Positions 1 to 10,382 of a DNA stretch of 64,000 nt are shown here, piece after piece. A program made the position numbers and the translations under genes. Source of the DNA: Pirellulales bacterium (GTDB taxonomy: Bacteria > Planctomycetota > Planctomycetia > Pirellulales > UBA1268); assembly GCA_044342075.1 (NCBI GenBank), contig JBIIQM010000004.1, forward strand, positions 210 to 64,209, written 5' to 3'. Below the pieces are notes generated by a model that worked only from the letters and a program-made list of their open reading frames with translations, made no database searches and was not told the origin of the DNA. How positions within the stretch are numbered: the first letter of the stretch is position 1; every line of letters starts with the position of its first letter.

Positions 1-12
1 GAGATGCGATGG

Positions 13-1599
13 CTAGGAAGTCATCTCGACCCGCCGGTAGCCGCCGATGCTCGCGAAGTAGAGCAGGAAGCCCAGGTAGATCACTGCCATGGTCGCCGGG
101 ATGTAGGAATCGGCCTTGAGCGTGTCGCGGTCGCCCTGCTGATCGGCCTCGATCGCGGCCTTCTGGTCGGCAGTCGCCTGCGGGCCGGCGTCGCGGGCTG
201 CGGCCACCTTGCGGCCGTCGAGGCCCTGCACCTCGGTGCTCGGGATGTTGAGGAAGCGGCTCGGGGTTTCCGCCTTGTATTCCTCGTAGATGGCCGGGTT
301 GCGCTGCTTGAGCGACTCGCCGGCGAAGCGGTCCTTGCAGTAGCCGAGCCCGGGGCCGCCAAGCAGGCCCGCGGAGAGCATGCCGATGCCCCCCATGATC
401 GACATCGCCACGGCGCCCGTCTGCGGGAAGCGGTCGCCCACGACGGCCAGCATCGTCGGCCAGAAGAACGTCTTGCCGACGGCGTAGATGCCGAGCGCCG
501 CCAGCGCGATGGGAAACGTGGTCATGCCGCTGGCCAGCCGCAGGCCGATCCAGGCGAGCACGGCCGACACGAAGAGCAGGCCGATCGGCGAGAGCTTGAG
601 CCGCGTCTCGATGAAGTGGGCACAGAACCGCAGGGCGAACATGATCGCGGAGGTCCAGATGAAGAGGGCCTTGCCCTGCTCGGAGGAGAAGAGGTTGCCG
701 GTGATGTTTTGGATCCAGCTGTCGGTGCCGAGTTCCACGGCTCCCACGAGCGCGTGCGTCACGAAGAGGATGAAGAGCATTAGCGAGCCGATCGAGAACT
801 TCGTCATCACGGCCACGGCTAGAAGCAGAAGCCCGCCCAGCGCGTAGCCGGCAACGGCCGCCTGCTCGGGGATGAAGTTTCGCAGGATGTCGCCGAAGAA
901 CAGGGCCAAGAGATAGCAGGCCACCGCGGAGCCGAGGATGCCTACGCTCCGGAACATGTCGACGAAGCTCGCCCCCTTCGCGGCGGCCTCCGACTTCGGG
1001 AACTTCTGGCCGAGGAACATGAGGGCGTAGATCACCGTCGGGATCAGGTAGAGGGCGAGCTGGTACTTCCAGTGGATGCCCATCCGGTCGTCGAGGATCC
1101 AGCCGAGCACGGTGCCGAGCACCATGCCGGCCGGCCAGCTGGCGTGAAGGATGTTGAGGTAGTGCGTGCGGTTGTTCGGGAAGACCGTCGCCACGAGGGG
1201 GTTGGCCACCGCCTCGAGCGTGCCGTTGGCGAAGGCGAAGATGAACGACCCCCAGAAGAGAAACTGATAGGCATTGCCGGCGGAGGAGGCGCTGAAGGTG
1301 ACGAGCGCCGAAAGGATGTGGCCGAGCAGGGCCAAGGCCACGAGCTTGCCATAGCCGATCTTGTCGACGATCAGGCCGCCGAGAATGATCCCGAAGCAGA
1401 AGCCCGTCAGGCCGGCGCCGGTGATCTGGCCGACCTGCAAGGCGGTGAAGTCGAACTCCTGCCGCCAGTTGTCGAGGATGCCACCGCGGATCGCGAAGCC
1501 GACGCCCGCCGCGAGGATCGCCATGAATCCCGCCCAGAGCAGCCGCTGGGCGTTGGGCACGGAACCGTTCGGAACTTCTTCGTGGCGCAGCGCGTTCAT
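13..1599 (-). CDS. MFS-superfamily transporter (sugar/FucP-like)
   Basis: Minus ORF 13..1734. The first ATG giving a sensible N-terminus is at 1599 (MNALRHEEV...). The translation is a series of hydrophobic helices with an MFS-like loop ([12 protein letters not shown]) and a hydrophilic insert before the last helix. Family-level call only. Confidence 0.8.
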   Translation of the reverse strand: MNALRHEEVPNGSVPNAQRLLWAGFMAILAAGVGFAIRGGILDNWRQEFDFTALQVGQITGAGLTGFCFGIILGGLIVDKIGYGKLVALALLGHILSALVTFSASSAGNAYQFLFWGSFIFAFANGTLEAVANPLVATVFPNNRTHYLNILHASWPAGMVLGTVLGWILDDRMGIHWKYQLALYLIPTVIYALMFLGQKFPKSEAAAKGASFVDMFRSVGILGSAVACYLLALFFGDILRNFIPEQAAVAGYALGGLLLLAVAVMTKFSIGSLMLFILFVTHALVGAVELGTDSWIQNITGNLFSSEQGKALFIWTSAIMFALRFCAHFIETRLKLSPIGLLFVSAVLAWIGLRLASGMTTFPIALAALGIYAVGKTFFWPTMLAVVGDRFPQTGAVAMSIMGGIGMLSAGLLGGPGLGYCKDRFAGESLKQRNPAIYEEYKAETPSRFLNIPSTEVQGLDGRKVAAARDAGPQATADQKAAIEADQQGDRDTLKADSYIPATMAVIYLGFLLYFASIGGYRRVEMTS

Positions 1600-1802
1600 G
1601 CGATCTCCAGGGCAGGGGACGGGGGAAGAGGGAGCCGGGAAAAGATCGGGACTATAGCAGGCCGCCGTGGGCTGCGGAAACCAGGGCTTTGCGGCGGCGG
1701 CGGAAGGCGGGGCGGCGCGTCTTGACCCTCCCACGGGCGGCGGCGTACTGTCCCGCCCCCCTGCGGAACCGCTGCGCGCCCACGCGGATCGACCATCGCC
1801 CC

Positions 1803-4800
1803 ATGCATTCGCTCGCCGACACCCTCTGGACGCTCGTGCGCTGGACCGTGCCCGTCACGGTGGCGGCCGTCGTGGCGGCCGGCGCGATCGGTTCGAGCCG
1901 GGTGGGCGAAGAGATCAGGAGCCGCGTCGAAGCCCGGCTGGCGGAGGAGTTTCCCGCGCTCAACGTGCAGGTGCAGGGCGCGAGCCTCGTGCAGGGGGAG
2001 GGGATCGTCGTCCGCGGCGTGTCGCTCGTCGATCCGAAGATGCCGCAGCAGTGGCGGCAGCTCCTTTGGATCGATGAACTGCGGCTCGCCTGCACCACGA
2101 ATCTCACCGAGTTGGCTTCCGGCCCGCCGCGGATCACCGCGGTTCAGGTGCGTCGGCCCGTCGTGCATGCCGTGCGACACGCTGACGGCACGTGGAACCT
2201 CGCGCGGCTCTGGCGGCAGCATTCCGCCGGCGGCCTCGTGCCCGTGTCGGTCGAAGACGCCACGTTGCTCATCGACGACACCTGCCGCAGGATGCGGGCG
2301 ACGTTGCGGCAGGTCGCCTGCGACGTGCAGCCGGCAGCCGCCGCACCGGACGGTCAGGCATGGGCGACGTTTCGTGGCAGCGTCGCGGGCGACCTGTTTG
2401 AGCGGGCCGGCTTCCAGGGGCGTTTTGCGCCGGCGAGCGGCGCCTTCGAGTGCTCGGGCGACGTCGAATCGCTCGACCTGTCGCCACGGCTGGCGGCGTT
2501 TCTGCCCGAGGCGGAGGGCAAGCCCGGCGCCACGGAGGCGAAGGAGTGGCTCACGGGGCTGCGCGGTCGTTGCCACCTTGCCTGGCAGGCGGCGGGGGGC
2601 CTGCAGGCGCTCGGCGAAGCGACGTTCACTGCCTCGGGCCGGCTCGAGTCGGGCCGCTTCCAGCACACCGCGATCCCATTCTCGCTCACCGACATGACCG
2701 CGGCCTTTCGGGCCGATCGCTCCGGGCTTCTCGTCGAGAGCCTCGAGGCTCATTCCGGCGCGACGCTCCTGCGGGGATCGGGCCGGCTCGCCGGCTGGCG
2801 ACACGATGCCGACTTCGACCTCTTGCTCGACGCCGAGCGGCTCACCGTGAGCCGGCAGTGGGAATCGCACCTGCCCGAACGCTATGCGGCCCAATGGCGA
2901 AAGCTCCTGCCGTCGGGCGAGGTCGACGTGCGGGCGCAGCTGGTCCGCCGAGACGGCCGGATCGATCCGCAGGTGTCGGTGCGGTGCCGCAATGCATCGA
3001 TCACCCACTATCGCTTCCCCTACCGCCTGGACCGCACGGTGGGAACCGTGGTGCTCGACTCGGGCACGCTGTCGATCCACCTCACCGGCCAAGCCGGCGG
3101 CCATCCGGTCCACGTGCGGGGCACGTTCCAGACCGCGGCCTCGACCGGCTTTCTGGAAGTGCGCGGCGACGGCATGCGGATCGACGACGCGCTCCTGGCC
3201 GCCATGCCGCCGCGGAGCGCCGCCATCCTGCGGGCGCTGCATGCGGCGGGCACGTTTGACTTCGTCTTCCGCCACGACCGCGCGACACAGCTGCCCAATG
3301 GTTTCGCCAACTCGCTGGGCATCCGGCTCGCCCAGTGCAGCATGAGCTATGCGGGCTTCCCCTACCCGCTGACGAACGTCTCGGGCACGCTGCGCATGGA
3401 GCGCGGCCACTGGACGATCAAGGAGATCGTCGGCTCCAACGACACCGGCAGGGTGCGATGCAACGGCGCCCTCGTACCCACCGGCGACGAAGACGGCGAG
3501 CTCACGCTGCACCTCTCCGGCGATGGCGTCGTGCTCGATCGGGAGTTGCGGGACGCGCTGCCCCGGGGCATGGGGCGCATCTGGGACGACATCGACCCGC
3601 GCGGGAACGTGGGATTCACGGCGACGGTCCGCCACCGCGTGAAGGCGAAGAAGACGGACGTGGAGGTCGAGGCGATCCCGCACGCGGATACCGTGTCGAT
3701 CGAGCCGGCCTGGTTTCCCTATCGCCTGGAGAAGCTCCGGGGGAAGCTCGCCTGGAAGGACGGGCTGCTCCGGTTCGACGGCGTGCGCGGCGTGCATGAC
3801 CGCACCACGGTCAGCAGCGAGGGGACCTGCCGGTTCGCCCCGGACGGCGGCTGGCACGTCTCGTTCGCGCGGCTCACGGCCGACCGCTTCCGCGCCGACC
3901 ACGAGGTGCTGCAGGCCATGCCAGCCGGACTCAGGCGGGCGATCGCCGCGGTGAACCCGCGAGGCCTGCTCTCGCTCAACGGCGTCCTCGACATCTATGC
4001 GCAGGGGGCGCCTGGTGGTGGGGCCGGGCCCGCCTCGGCCGCCTGGAACATGCGTCTCGACATGGAGCAGGGCAGCCTCGACGCGGGCATCCCGCTCGAG
4101 CACGTGCATGGCGGCATGCGGCTCGAGGGACGGACCGATGGCCGCACCTGGAAATCGTACGGCGAGCTGGCGCTCGATAGCGCCATCTGGCGAGGCGTGC
4201 AGCTGACGGCCGTGCAGGGTCCGCTCGTGATGGACGAGGAAGGCGTGCGATTCGGGCTGACGGCCGGCGCAGGGCAGGGCCGCGCCCGCCGGCTCTCCGC
4301 CCGCGTTGCCGGCGGCTCCATCTTCGCGGACGGCAGCGTGTCGTCCGGCCCGGAAGGCACGTTCGCCGTGGCCGCTTCGGTGAGCGACGCCGAGCTCGAA
4401 CGGCTCGCCGGCGATTCGCCGGCGTTTCCCGGCGCCGCGCAGCGGTTTTGCGGCAAGGTGTTCGGCGCCATCGAGGTGAGCGGCGCCCGCACCGGCACCC
4501 ACTCGCTTGCCGGCCGGGGCCAGCTGCGGCTGCGCGACGCCGACATCTACGAACTGCCCGTGATCGTGGCGCTCTTGAAGGTGCTCCGCGTGAAGGCGCC
4601 CGACCGCAAGGCATTCAGTTCGAGCCTCGTCGACTTCCGGATCGAAGGGCCGCGTGCCTACCTCGACAACATCGAGCTCTCCGGCGACGCGATCAGCCTC
4701 GTGGGCAACGGCGAGATCGACTTCGACTCCCGGGTGCGGATGACATTCCGCTCGATCATGGGCGACTCCGAGACGCAGCTGCCGGTGATGAAGCGGGTGC

Positions 4801-4973
4801 TCGGCGGCGCGAGTGGCCAATTCATGCTCGTCCACGTCGACGGCACCCTCGCGCAGCCGGACATCACCACCGAGGCCTTTCCCACGCTCAATGCCGCGCT
4901 GCAGCAGCTGCAATCGAATCGCCGCGACTCCGGCCGCGTCGGCCTGGGAGACCGGCGCGAGACCCCACGGTGA
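1803..4973 (+). CDS. Large membrane-anchored envelope protein, AsmA/TamB-like architecture
   Basis: ORF 1689..4973. The ATG at 1803 (MHSLADTLW) precedes one N-terminal hydrophobic anchor ([15 protein letters not shown]), followed by ~1000 aa of beta-rich sequence. High GC3 is maintained throughout. The function is inferred from architecture, not from a diagnostic motif. Confidence 0.6.
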   Translation: MHSLADTLWTLVRWTVPVTVAAVVAAGAIGSSRVGEEIRSRVEARLAEEFPALNVQVQGASLVQGEGIVVRGVSLVDPKMPQQWRQLLWIDELRLACTTNLTELASGPPRITAVQVRRPVVHAVRHADGTWNLARLWRQHSAGGLVPVSVEDATLLIDDTCRRMRATLRQVACDVQPAAAAPDGQAWATFRGSVAGDLFERAGFQGRFAPASGAFECSGDVESLDLSPRLAAFLPEAEGKPGATEAKEWLTGLRGRCHLAWQAAGGLQALGEATFTASGRLESGRFQHTAIPFSLTDMTAAFRADRSGLLVESLEAHSGATLLRGSGRLAGWRHDADFDLLLDAERLTVSRQWESHLPERYAAQWRKLLPSGEVDVRAQLVRRDGRIDPQVSVRCRNASITHYRFPYRLDRTVGTVVLDSGTLSIHLTGQAGGHPVHVRGTFQTAASTGFLEVRGDGMRIDDALLAAMPPRSAAILRALHAAGTFDFVFRHDRATQLPNGFANSLGIRLAQCSMSYAGFPYPLTNVSGTLRMERGHWTIKEIVGSNDTGRVRCNGALVPTGDEDGELTLHLSGDGVVLDRELRDALPRGMGRIWDDIDPRGNVGFTATVRHRVKAKKTDVEVEAIPHADTVSIEPAWFPYRLEKLRGKLAWKDGLLRFDGVRGVHDRTTVSSEGTCRFAPDGGWHVSFARLTADRFRADHEVLQAMPAGLRRAIAAVNPRGLLSLNGVLDIYAQGAPGGGAGPASAAWNMRLDMEQGSLDAGIPLEHVHGGMRLEGRTDGRTWKSYGELALDSAIWRGVQLTAVQGPLVMDEEGVRFGLTAGAGQGRARRLSARVAGGSIFADGSVSSGPEGTFAVAASVSDAELERLAGDSPAFPGAAQRFCGKVFGAIEVSGARTGTHSLAGRGQLRLRDADIYELPVIVALLKVLRVKAPDRKAFSSSLVDFRIEGPRAYLDNIELSGDAISLVGNGEIDFDSRVRMTFRSIMGDSETQLPVMKRVLGGASGQFMLVHVDGTLAQPDITTEAFPTLNAALQQLQSNRRDSGRVGLGDRRETPR

Positions 4974-5060
4974 CAGGAAGCCGCCCCGGGCGGCACAATG
5001 ATCGATCTGCACGACTTCCAGACAGCCATACGACTTCCAGGCAGGCACGAGCCCCATCCC

Positions 5061-5945
5061 ATGACCGCCACCCAGACCCGCTTCGTGAAGATGCACGGCG
5101 CCGGCAACGACTACGTCTACATCGATTGCTTCACCGAGCGGCCGCCGGCCGACCCGGCCGCGCTCGCCCCGCGCATCGCCGACCGGCATCGCGGCGTCGG
5201 TGGCGACGGCCTGGTGCTCGTCCTCCCGTCGACCAAGGCGGCGGCCCGCATGCGGATGTTCAACGCCGACGGCAGCGAGGCGGAGATGTGCGGCAACGGC
5301 GTTCGCTGCGTGGCGCATCTGGTCGTGGCCCATGGCCACGCGCCGGCCGGCGCCGTGGCGATCGAAACCGGCCGCGGCGTGCTGACGGTCGACGTGCGGC
5401 GGATCGGCGAGCGGCTCTCGCAGGTGCGAGTCGATATGGGAGAGCCGTTGCTCGAAGCCGACCGGATTCCGGTCGCCGGCGCCGGCTCCGGTCGGCTGGT
5501 CGATGCGCCCTGCGCGGCGCTCGCCGCGCCGGAGGCATGGTGGGAGGCGGCCGGCCTCGACCCGCGGATGACCTGCGTGTCGATGGGCAATCCGCACGTC
5601 GTCTTCTACTGCCGCGACGTGGCGTCGGTGCCGCTCGAGATCGTGGGGCCGAGGATCGAAAAGCATCCGCTCTTCCCGCAACGCGTGAACGTGCATTTCG
5701 TGCAGGTGCTCTCCGACGATCGCGTGCGGATGCGAACCTGGGAGCGGGGCAGCGGCATCACGCAGGCCTGCGGCACGGGCGCATCGGCGGTCTGTGTGGC
5801 CGGCGTGCTCACGGGCCGCACGGGACGACGGATCGTCGCCGAGTTGCCTGGGGGCGAGTTGGAATTGGAATGGGCTCCCGGCGGGCAGGTCTCTATGACC
5901 GGGCCGGCCGAGGAAGTTTTCGAGGGCGTGTGGCGCGACGCCTGA
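5061..5945 (+). CDS. dapF: Diaminopimelate epimerase
   Basis: ATG at 5061 (MTATQTRFVKMHGAGNDYVYID...). Typical DapF N-terminus and active-site cysteine motif (MCGNGVRC). A second Cys region is present (ACGTGASA). Confidence 0.92.
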   Translation: MTATQTRFVKMHGAGNDYVYIDCFTERPPADPAALAPRIADRHRGVGGDGLVLVLPSTKAAARMRMFNADGSEAEMCGNGVRCVAHLVVAHGHAPAGAVAIETGRGVLTVDVRRIGERLSQVRVDMGEPLLEADRIPVAGAGSGRLVDAPCAALAAPEAWWEAAGLDPRMTCVSMGNPHVVFYCRDVASVPLEIVGPRIEKHPLFPQRVNVHFVQVLSDDRVRMRTWERGSGITQACGTGASAVCVAGVLTGRTGRRIVAELPGGELELEWAPGGQVSMTGPAEEVFEGVWRDA

Positions 5946-5997
5946 TCGCGCGGAACTGGCCACGCAAAGCCATCAAGGCAAGGAAAGGATTCCGTTC

Positions 5998-6816
5998 GTG
6001 AAGTTCACCGGACCGCTCGAAATCGGCGCCTTGTCGCTCCTGTCGACGGCGACGATTCGGCAATGGATGAGCACGCTCGATTGCCGCGCGGAGTTCGGCG
6101 ACCCCACCGTGGATCCGGTGCATCCGGACTACCGCGGCGCGAAGATCTACGTCTTTTGGCACGAAAACATCCTGCTGCCCCTGTTCCTCCGCGGGCATTC
6201 CAATATCTCGATGCTGCTTTCCCGCCACGAAGATGCAAACATCCTCGATCGGGTCGCGCGGATGATGGGGTTTGGCGTCGTGCGGGGCAGCACGTTCCAC
6301 GGCGGCTCCGTCGCCCTGCGGCAGCTGGCACAGCGGGCGCAGGAAGAGAACCTCACGATCACGCCGGACGGCCCGCGCGGCCCGCGGCGGCGGCTCGCGC
6401 CGGGCTGCGTGTTTCTCGCAAGCACGCTCGGCATCCCGATCGTGGCGATGGGGCTCGGTTACGCCCATCCCTGGCGCGTGGGCACGTGGGATCGCTTCGC
6501 GATCCCGAAGCCGTTCACGCGAGCCCGCGCCATCGTGAGCCGTGCGATCCACGTGCCCCCCGACCTCGATCGCGAAGGGCTCGAGTGGCACCGCGCCGGC
6601 GTGGAGCGGCTGCTCGTCCATCTCTCCGACGACGCTGAGCGGTGGGCCTGCGCGGGCCAGAAGCGCGCGCGAGAGGTGCGGCTGCGCAAAGAGCCCTCGC
6701 GGGTGGCCCGACGTGCCGCGCAGCTTCCGGCGTCGGACGGCGTGTCGCTCGAGGAGGAACTCCGCAGGTGCGCCGTCCTCCCCGTCGCGGAAACCCACGA
6801 ACGCCCTGCCGCCTGA
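5998..6816 (+). CDS. DUF374-type lysophospholipid acyltransferase family protein
   Basis: GTG start at 5998. Contains FWHENILL...SRHEDANILDRV...VRGSTFHGG...ITPDGPRGP, the characteristic DUF374 pattern. Confidence 0.75.
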   Translation: MKFTGPLEIGALSLLSTATIRQWMSTLDCRAEFGDPTVDPVHPDYRGAKIYVFWHENILLPLFLRGHSNISMLLSRHEDANILDRVARMMGFGVVRGSTFHGGSVALRQLAQRAQEENLTITPDGPRGPRRRLAPGCVFLASTLGIPIVAMGLGYAHPWRVGTWDRFAIPKPFTRARAIVSRAIHVPPDLDREGLEWHRAGVERLLVHLSDDAERWACAGQKRAREVRLRKEPSRVARRAAQLPASDGVSLEEELRRCAVLPVAETHERPAA

Positions 6817-6833
6817 ACGGCATGCCGGCTCAG

Positions 6834-6863
6834 GTAGACCGCTTCGTCCCGAAGCGGATCCCC
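6834..6863 (+). repeat. REP family B unit (GTAG + hairpin CCGCTTCG-TCC-CGAAGCGG)
   Basis: gtagaccgcttcgtcccgaagcggatcccc. An identical 30-mer occurs at 10174..10203 and a near copy at 23096..23122. Confidence 0.9.
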
Positions 6864-6865
6864 CA

Positions 6866-6998
6866 TCGAATCGCGCCGGCTCAGGGACGGCAGAAGTCTC
6901 CTCGCGGAGAAACTTTCTCCGCTGACGACCTACGGAGCTTCCTTCCCCAGAAGGTCGAAAGTTCCTAACGCTCGTCGAGCTTCAGCCGATCCCTTCGC
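6866..6998 (+). repeat. Interspersed repeat family D (~135 nt)
   Basis: Aligns along its whole length with the reverse complement of 31921..32057. Shared blocks are ggctcagggacggca[ga]aagtc, gagaaactttctcc, cagaaggtcgaaagttcctaacgctcgtcga and gccgatcccttcgcc. A partial copy lies at 18351..18430. Confidence 0.85.
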
Positions 6999-7026
6999 CT
7001 ACGTCGACTGAATCGCTGGGGCCTGT

Positions 7027-8301
7027 CTAGCGCGGCGGTCCGACGAGCGCCTGTTCGAGCGGCACTTCGAGCGATTGGAGCGACACCTCTGCCCGCCGCT
7101 TCTCGCCGCCGGGCAGGATGTATTGCAGCGTCATCGGCCTGTCGGCCGGGCTCGACGTCACCACCTGCGTGAGTTCGTTGGGCGATCGCACCGGCTTGTC
7201 ATCGAGCGCGACGATCACGCTCCCGGGCGGCACGCCGGCTCGGGAGGCGGGCAGGTCGTGCACGACGCCGATCACGAGTGCTCCGGCCGGTTCGGGCAGG
7301 CCAAATCGAGCCTGCACGCCCGGATCGACCGGGAGCGTCCGCACACCGAGTGCCGTGCGGCCCTTCGCCCCGGTCTGCGGCGACGGGATCGGGCCGGCGA
7401 CGCGACGCGGCTCTGCCGGCATGAGCGGCGCAGGCTCCGCAGGCCGGGCGATCGACGGGGCGAATGCTGGAGCCGCGGCAGCGGGAGGCACATACGAGGG
7501 GGCGGCCGCAGCGGGCGGCACATAGGCCGGCGTGTGCAGCTCAGTGGGGATCGATGCCGTTTGTGGCGGGGCCACTGGCTGAGCGGGAATATTTGCCGGC
7601 CCGAAGTCTCCGGCCACCGTGTCCGACTGCCTGGCCTGCACGGGAGCTGGCAACGGCTGCGGAACCGACGCCATCGCCGGCGCAGCGGCCTGGGGAACGG
7701 GCGCCCCAAATGGGGCGGGGGCTGCCTGCGGGGCGGGCAGCTCTGCCGGGGTCGCAAAGGGGGAGGGGGGCAGCTGGCCGGCTGGTGCCGCGGCCGCCAG
7801 CGGGCCCGTTGGCGTCGGGGCAGCGGGGGGAATCGCAGTCCGAACGGGGCGTTCCGCCGCCTTCAGCACGACCTCGTCGATCCTGTCACCACGGCCGACG
7901 GCCATCTTCACGTCGCTGCCTGGGGCGATTGCCGCCAGTTCTGCGGCGAGTTGGTCGGAGTTTCGCAGCGGCTTGCCGTTGATCGCGAGCACCTGGTCTT
8001 GCGGCTTGATGCCGGCCTGCGCGGCCGGGCCGGGCTGCGCCACGTCCACCACCACCAGCCGACCTGGCACGAGCGAGTCGTCGGCCGTCAGGCCAAGCCA
8101 GCCGTTGCCGACGGCCGTCGCCTGCTGCAGCACCGATCGCGTGGGCAGTTCGAGCGGCTCGCCGATCGAAATTTCAGCAGGCTCGAAACGGGACGGCTCT
8201 TGGGCGCGAAGGCCACCGGCGAGGGCCGCTGCGGCGGTGGCAATCGTGCACGCCGAGCGAAGGAGACCGAAAAAGGATCGTGCGTGAATCACGTCGTTCA
8301 T
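7027..8301 (-). CDS. Secreted double-PDZ domain protein with Pro/Ala-rich linker
   Basis: ORF 7027..8349. The ATG at 8301 (MNDVIHARSFF...) gives a signal-like N-terminus. Two PDZ-like segments are present (GLTADDSLVPGRLVVVDVAQPGPAAQAGIKPQDQVLAING and GALVIGVVHDLPASRAGVPPGSVIVALDD), separated by a low-complexity P/A linker. Confidence 0.75.
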   Translation of the reverse strand: MNDVIHARSFFGLLRSACTIATAAAALAGGLRAQEPSRFEPAEISIGEPLELPTRSVLQQATAVGNGWLGLTADDSLVPGRLVVVDVAQPGPAAQAGIKPQDQVLAINGKPLRNSDQLAAELAAIAPGSDVKMAVGRGDRIDEVVLKAAERPVRTAIPPAAPTPTGPLAAAAPAGQLPPSPFATPAELPAPQAAPAPFGAPVPQAAAPAMASVPQPLPAPVQARQSDTVAGDFGPANIPAQPVAPPQTASIPTELHTPAYVPPAAAAPSYVPPAAAAPAFAPSIARPAEPAPLMPAEPRRVAGPIPSPQTGAKGRTALGVRTLPVDPGVQARFGLPEPAGALVIGVVHDLPASRAGVPPGSVIVALDDKPVRSPNELTQVVTSSPADRPMTLQYILPGGEKRRAEVSLQSLEVPLEQALVGPPR

Positions 8302-8513
8302 CCTGAACAGATGCACTCGATCAACGGCGAAGAGTATAGAAGATTTCACCGATTTCGTCCCGCGGCCCGCGTGTCGCGTTTTTCAGGCGATTTTGCCGGT
8401 TATGCGGGCCGTCCCTACTGCTGCCGCGAAGCGATGCGGCACGCGGCGGCGCAGGAAAAACAGCGCGGTCAAAACACGACTTCGCAGTCTCTCGCTCACG
8501 CTGCTTGCATGGT

Positions 8514-8541
8514 TTGACAGCACTGCATGCACCCCTATACT
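8514..8541 (+). promoter_or_regulatory. Candidate sigma-70-type promoter of dnaA
   Basis: TTGACA (8514..8519), a 16-nt spacer, then TATACT (8536..8541), 56 nt upstream of the dnaA ATG. It is near-consensus, which is conspicuous in GC-rich DNA. Confidence 0.45.
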
Positions 8542-8596
8542 CGCGCCGCGATCACGAGTCGCAGCCGTCACGGATGGATGCGAAAAATTCAAGGAA

Positions 8597-10165
8597 ATGA
8601 GTGGGTGCCTGGTGCAGGACGTGGCCAAGGCGGGAATCACTGACGGATCGGTGCCGGAGCCGGATCACCGGGCCAAGGGCGCGGGGAAGACCTGCCCGGA
8701 GGATGCCCGGCGCGTGAGCGCGGCCTTTTGCGCTCGGATCGGTGCCGAGCGGCATGCCGTCTGGTTTGGCGACGTGGCCGAGGTGGAGGTCGTGCGTCAG
8801 GATTCGGGCGAGACCTGCGGGTTCATCCGAATCGGCAACGCCTTCACGCACGAGTGGCTCCGCAAGACGTTTCACCGGGATTTTGCCGCGGCGGTCCATC
8901 AGGTCTGCGGCAAGTCGGCCCGTGCCGAATGGCTGGTCGCCGAAGCCGTTGTTGAAACAGTCGCACCGGTGCAGTCCGCCGCCGCGACGGGCTCTGCTCT
9001 TGATGCCACGCGGGAGCCGCCGAAGCAGCGTCGTGCCTCGCGCCGGGCGACCCAATCAGAGCAGGCTTCCGCCCCCGTTGCCCCCGAGGCAGACGGGAAG
9101 CGTCTCGCGGTGCAGGCCGCCCCGGTCCATCGCCATGCCCCGCGGCTCGATTCATTCGTGGTGGGGCCGAGCAATCGCATGGCCTTCGCGGCGGTCGAAC
9201 TCGCGGCCAGTCGGCCCGGACAGATGTCGCCGCTGGTTTTGCACGGTCCGAGCGGCTCCGGAAAAACGCACCTCCTCGAGGCCTTGTGCACGCACTTCCG
9301 CGAGCTTCACCCCAAGGCGAGCGCCGTCTTCCTCTCCGCGGAGCAATTCACGACCGGTTTTCTGCAGGCGCTCCATGGCAGCGGCCTGCCCGGCTTCCGT
9401 CGCACCTGCCGCACCGCCGACCTGCTCGTGATCGACGATCTGCAGTTTTTTGTCGGCAAGCGGGCGACGATCATGGAGGTTCAGCACACGATCGAGGCCC
9501 TGCAGCGGCTCGGTCGCCAGATCGTCTTCGCCAGCGACCGGGAGCCGGAGTCGATCACCGATCTCGGCGTGGACCTGCTGACGCGGCTGCGCGGCGGCAT
9601 GACCGCACGGATGCTGCCGCCGGACGAGGAAGTGCGGCGTGGCATCGTGAAGTCGATCGCCGCGCGGCGTGGCCTCGACGTGCCCGACGACGTCGCCCAT
9701 TACGTCTCTTTTCACATGGCGCGCCACGCCCGCGAGCTCACTGGCGCGATGAATCGCCTCGAGGCCACGAGCCACATGCTGGGCGTGCCGATCACGCTCG
9801 GCATGGCGGAAGAGGCGCTCGCCGATCTCGTTCGCTCCAGCGCCCGCTGCCTGCGGCTCGCCGACATCGAGCGGGCCGTCTGCTCCGCATTTGGCATCGA
9901 GCCAGGCAGCCTGCAATCGGCCCATCGGGCCCGCAAGGTGAACCACCCGCGGATGCTGGCGATGTTTCTCGCCCGCAAGCACACGCCGGCGGCCCTCACG
10001 GAGATCGGCAGCTACTTCGGCCGCCGCAGCCATTCGACGGTGATCTCGGCGCAGAAGACCGTCAACGAGTGGGTTTCGAAGGGGGAGCGGATCATGCTGG
10101 CCGATTCCACCTGGGGCGCCGACGAGGCGATCCGCCGCGTCGAGGAATTCATCCGCGCTGGCTGA
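8597..10165 (+). CDS. dnaA: Chromosomal replication initiator protein DnaA
   Basis: ORF 8393..10165. The ATG at 8597 is preceded by aaggaa. Walker A motif GPSGSGKTHLL. AAA+ core (LLVIDDLQF, VFASDREP). C-terminal DNA-binding helix-turn-helix (LAMFLARKHT..LTEIGSYFGRRSHSTV). Confidence 0.93.
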   Translation: MSGCLVQDVAKAGITDGSVPEPDHRAKGAGKTCPEDARRVSAAFCARIGAERHAVWFGDVAEVEVVRQDSGETCGFIRIGNAFTHEWLRKTFHRDFAAAVHQVCGKSARAEWLVAEAVVETVAPVQSAAATGSALDATREPPKQRRASRRATQSEQASAPVAPEADGKRLAVQAAPVHRHAPRLDSFVVGPSNRMAFAAVELAASRPGQMSPLVLHGPSGSGKTHLLEALCTHFRELHPKASAVFLSAEQFTTGFLQALHGSGLPGFRRTCRTADLLVIDDLQFFVGKRATIMEVQHTIEALQRLGRQIVFASDREPESITDLGVDLLTRLRGGMTARMLPPDEEVRRGIVKSIAARRGLDVPDDVAHYVSFHMARHARELTGAMNRLEATSHMLGVPITLGMAEEALADLVRSSARCLRLADIERAVCSAFGIEPGSLQSAHRARKVNHPRMLAMFLARKHTPAALTEIGSYFGRRSHSTVISAQKTVNEWVSKGERIMLADSTWGADEAIRRVEEFIRAG

Positions 10166-10173
10166 GTGCGCCA

Positions 10174-10203
10174 GTAGACCGCTTCGTCCCGAAGCGGATC
10201 CCC
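10174..10203 (+). repeat. REP family B unit
   Basis: Identical to 6834..6863. Begins 8 nt after the dnaA stop. Confidence 0.9.
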
Positions 10204-10214
10204 TCGAGACGCCG

Positions 10215-10382
10215 TCAACTCGCCCAACCCGGCTTCGGGTGACCCGTACCCCGTCGCCGGACGCTCGCTTCGGACATCCTGTCCTTCGCTCGCTCGATGG
10301 CGGCTGCGCTCTCGGCATCCTGCCTTCGCTTGCCGCCAACGCCGGCGAGCGGGGTACGGGTCACCCAAAGCCTCCCGTTCCA
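10215..10382 (+). repeat. Structured interspersed element C (subtype I), fused to REP-A
   Basis: tcaactcgcccaacccgg head. A ~27-bp outer inverted repeat (cttcgggtgacccgtaccccgtcgccgg / ccggcgagcggggtacgggtcacccaaag). Two mini-hairpins with TCC loops (GGACAtccTGTCC, GGCAtccTGCC). Nearly identical (only a handful of substitutions) to the reverse complement of 55050..55217. Confidence 0.9.

Noticed and set aside
1596-5963. 1455-aa minus-strand ORF, and similar very long ORFs: 12211..15303 (+), 15739..16989 (+, the 5' part), 25883..28441 (+), 32271..35537 (+), 53001..55271 (-), 18489..20810 (-, the 5' part).
   Set aside because: They lie antisense to, or out of frame with, genes that have clear motifs (TamB-like/dapF, dxs/ispA, xseA, manC/UDPGP, secA, SNF2). 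Their translations are Arg/Ala/Gly/Pro-rich low-complexity strings with no motifs. This is the typical stop-codon-poor shadow-frame pattern of GC-rich DNA.
8302-8596. oriC adjacent to dnaA.
   Set aside because: No repeated DnaA-box-like 9-mers or AT-rich unwinding element are visible, and only a promoter-like element is present. It cannot be excluded without a GC-skew or DnaA-box computation on the full genome.
10012-10368. Recurrent Arg-rich 'protein' (…GDPYPARRRWRQAKAGCRERSRHRASEGQDVRSERPATGYGSPEAGLG…), also translated from 54989..55303 and partly from 60791..61165.
   Set aside because: The similarity reflects the ~170-nt element C being read through. ORF boundaries and starts differ between copies, subtype II copies break the frame, and the composition is that of an out-of-frame GC-rich hairpin. 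It is better explained as a non-coding repeat.
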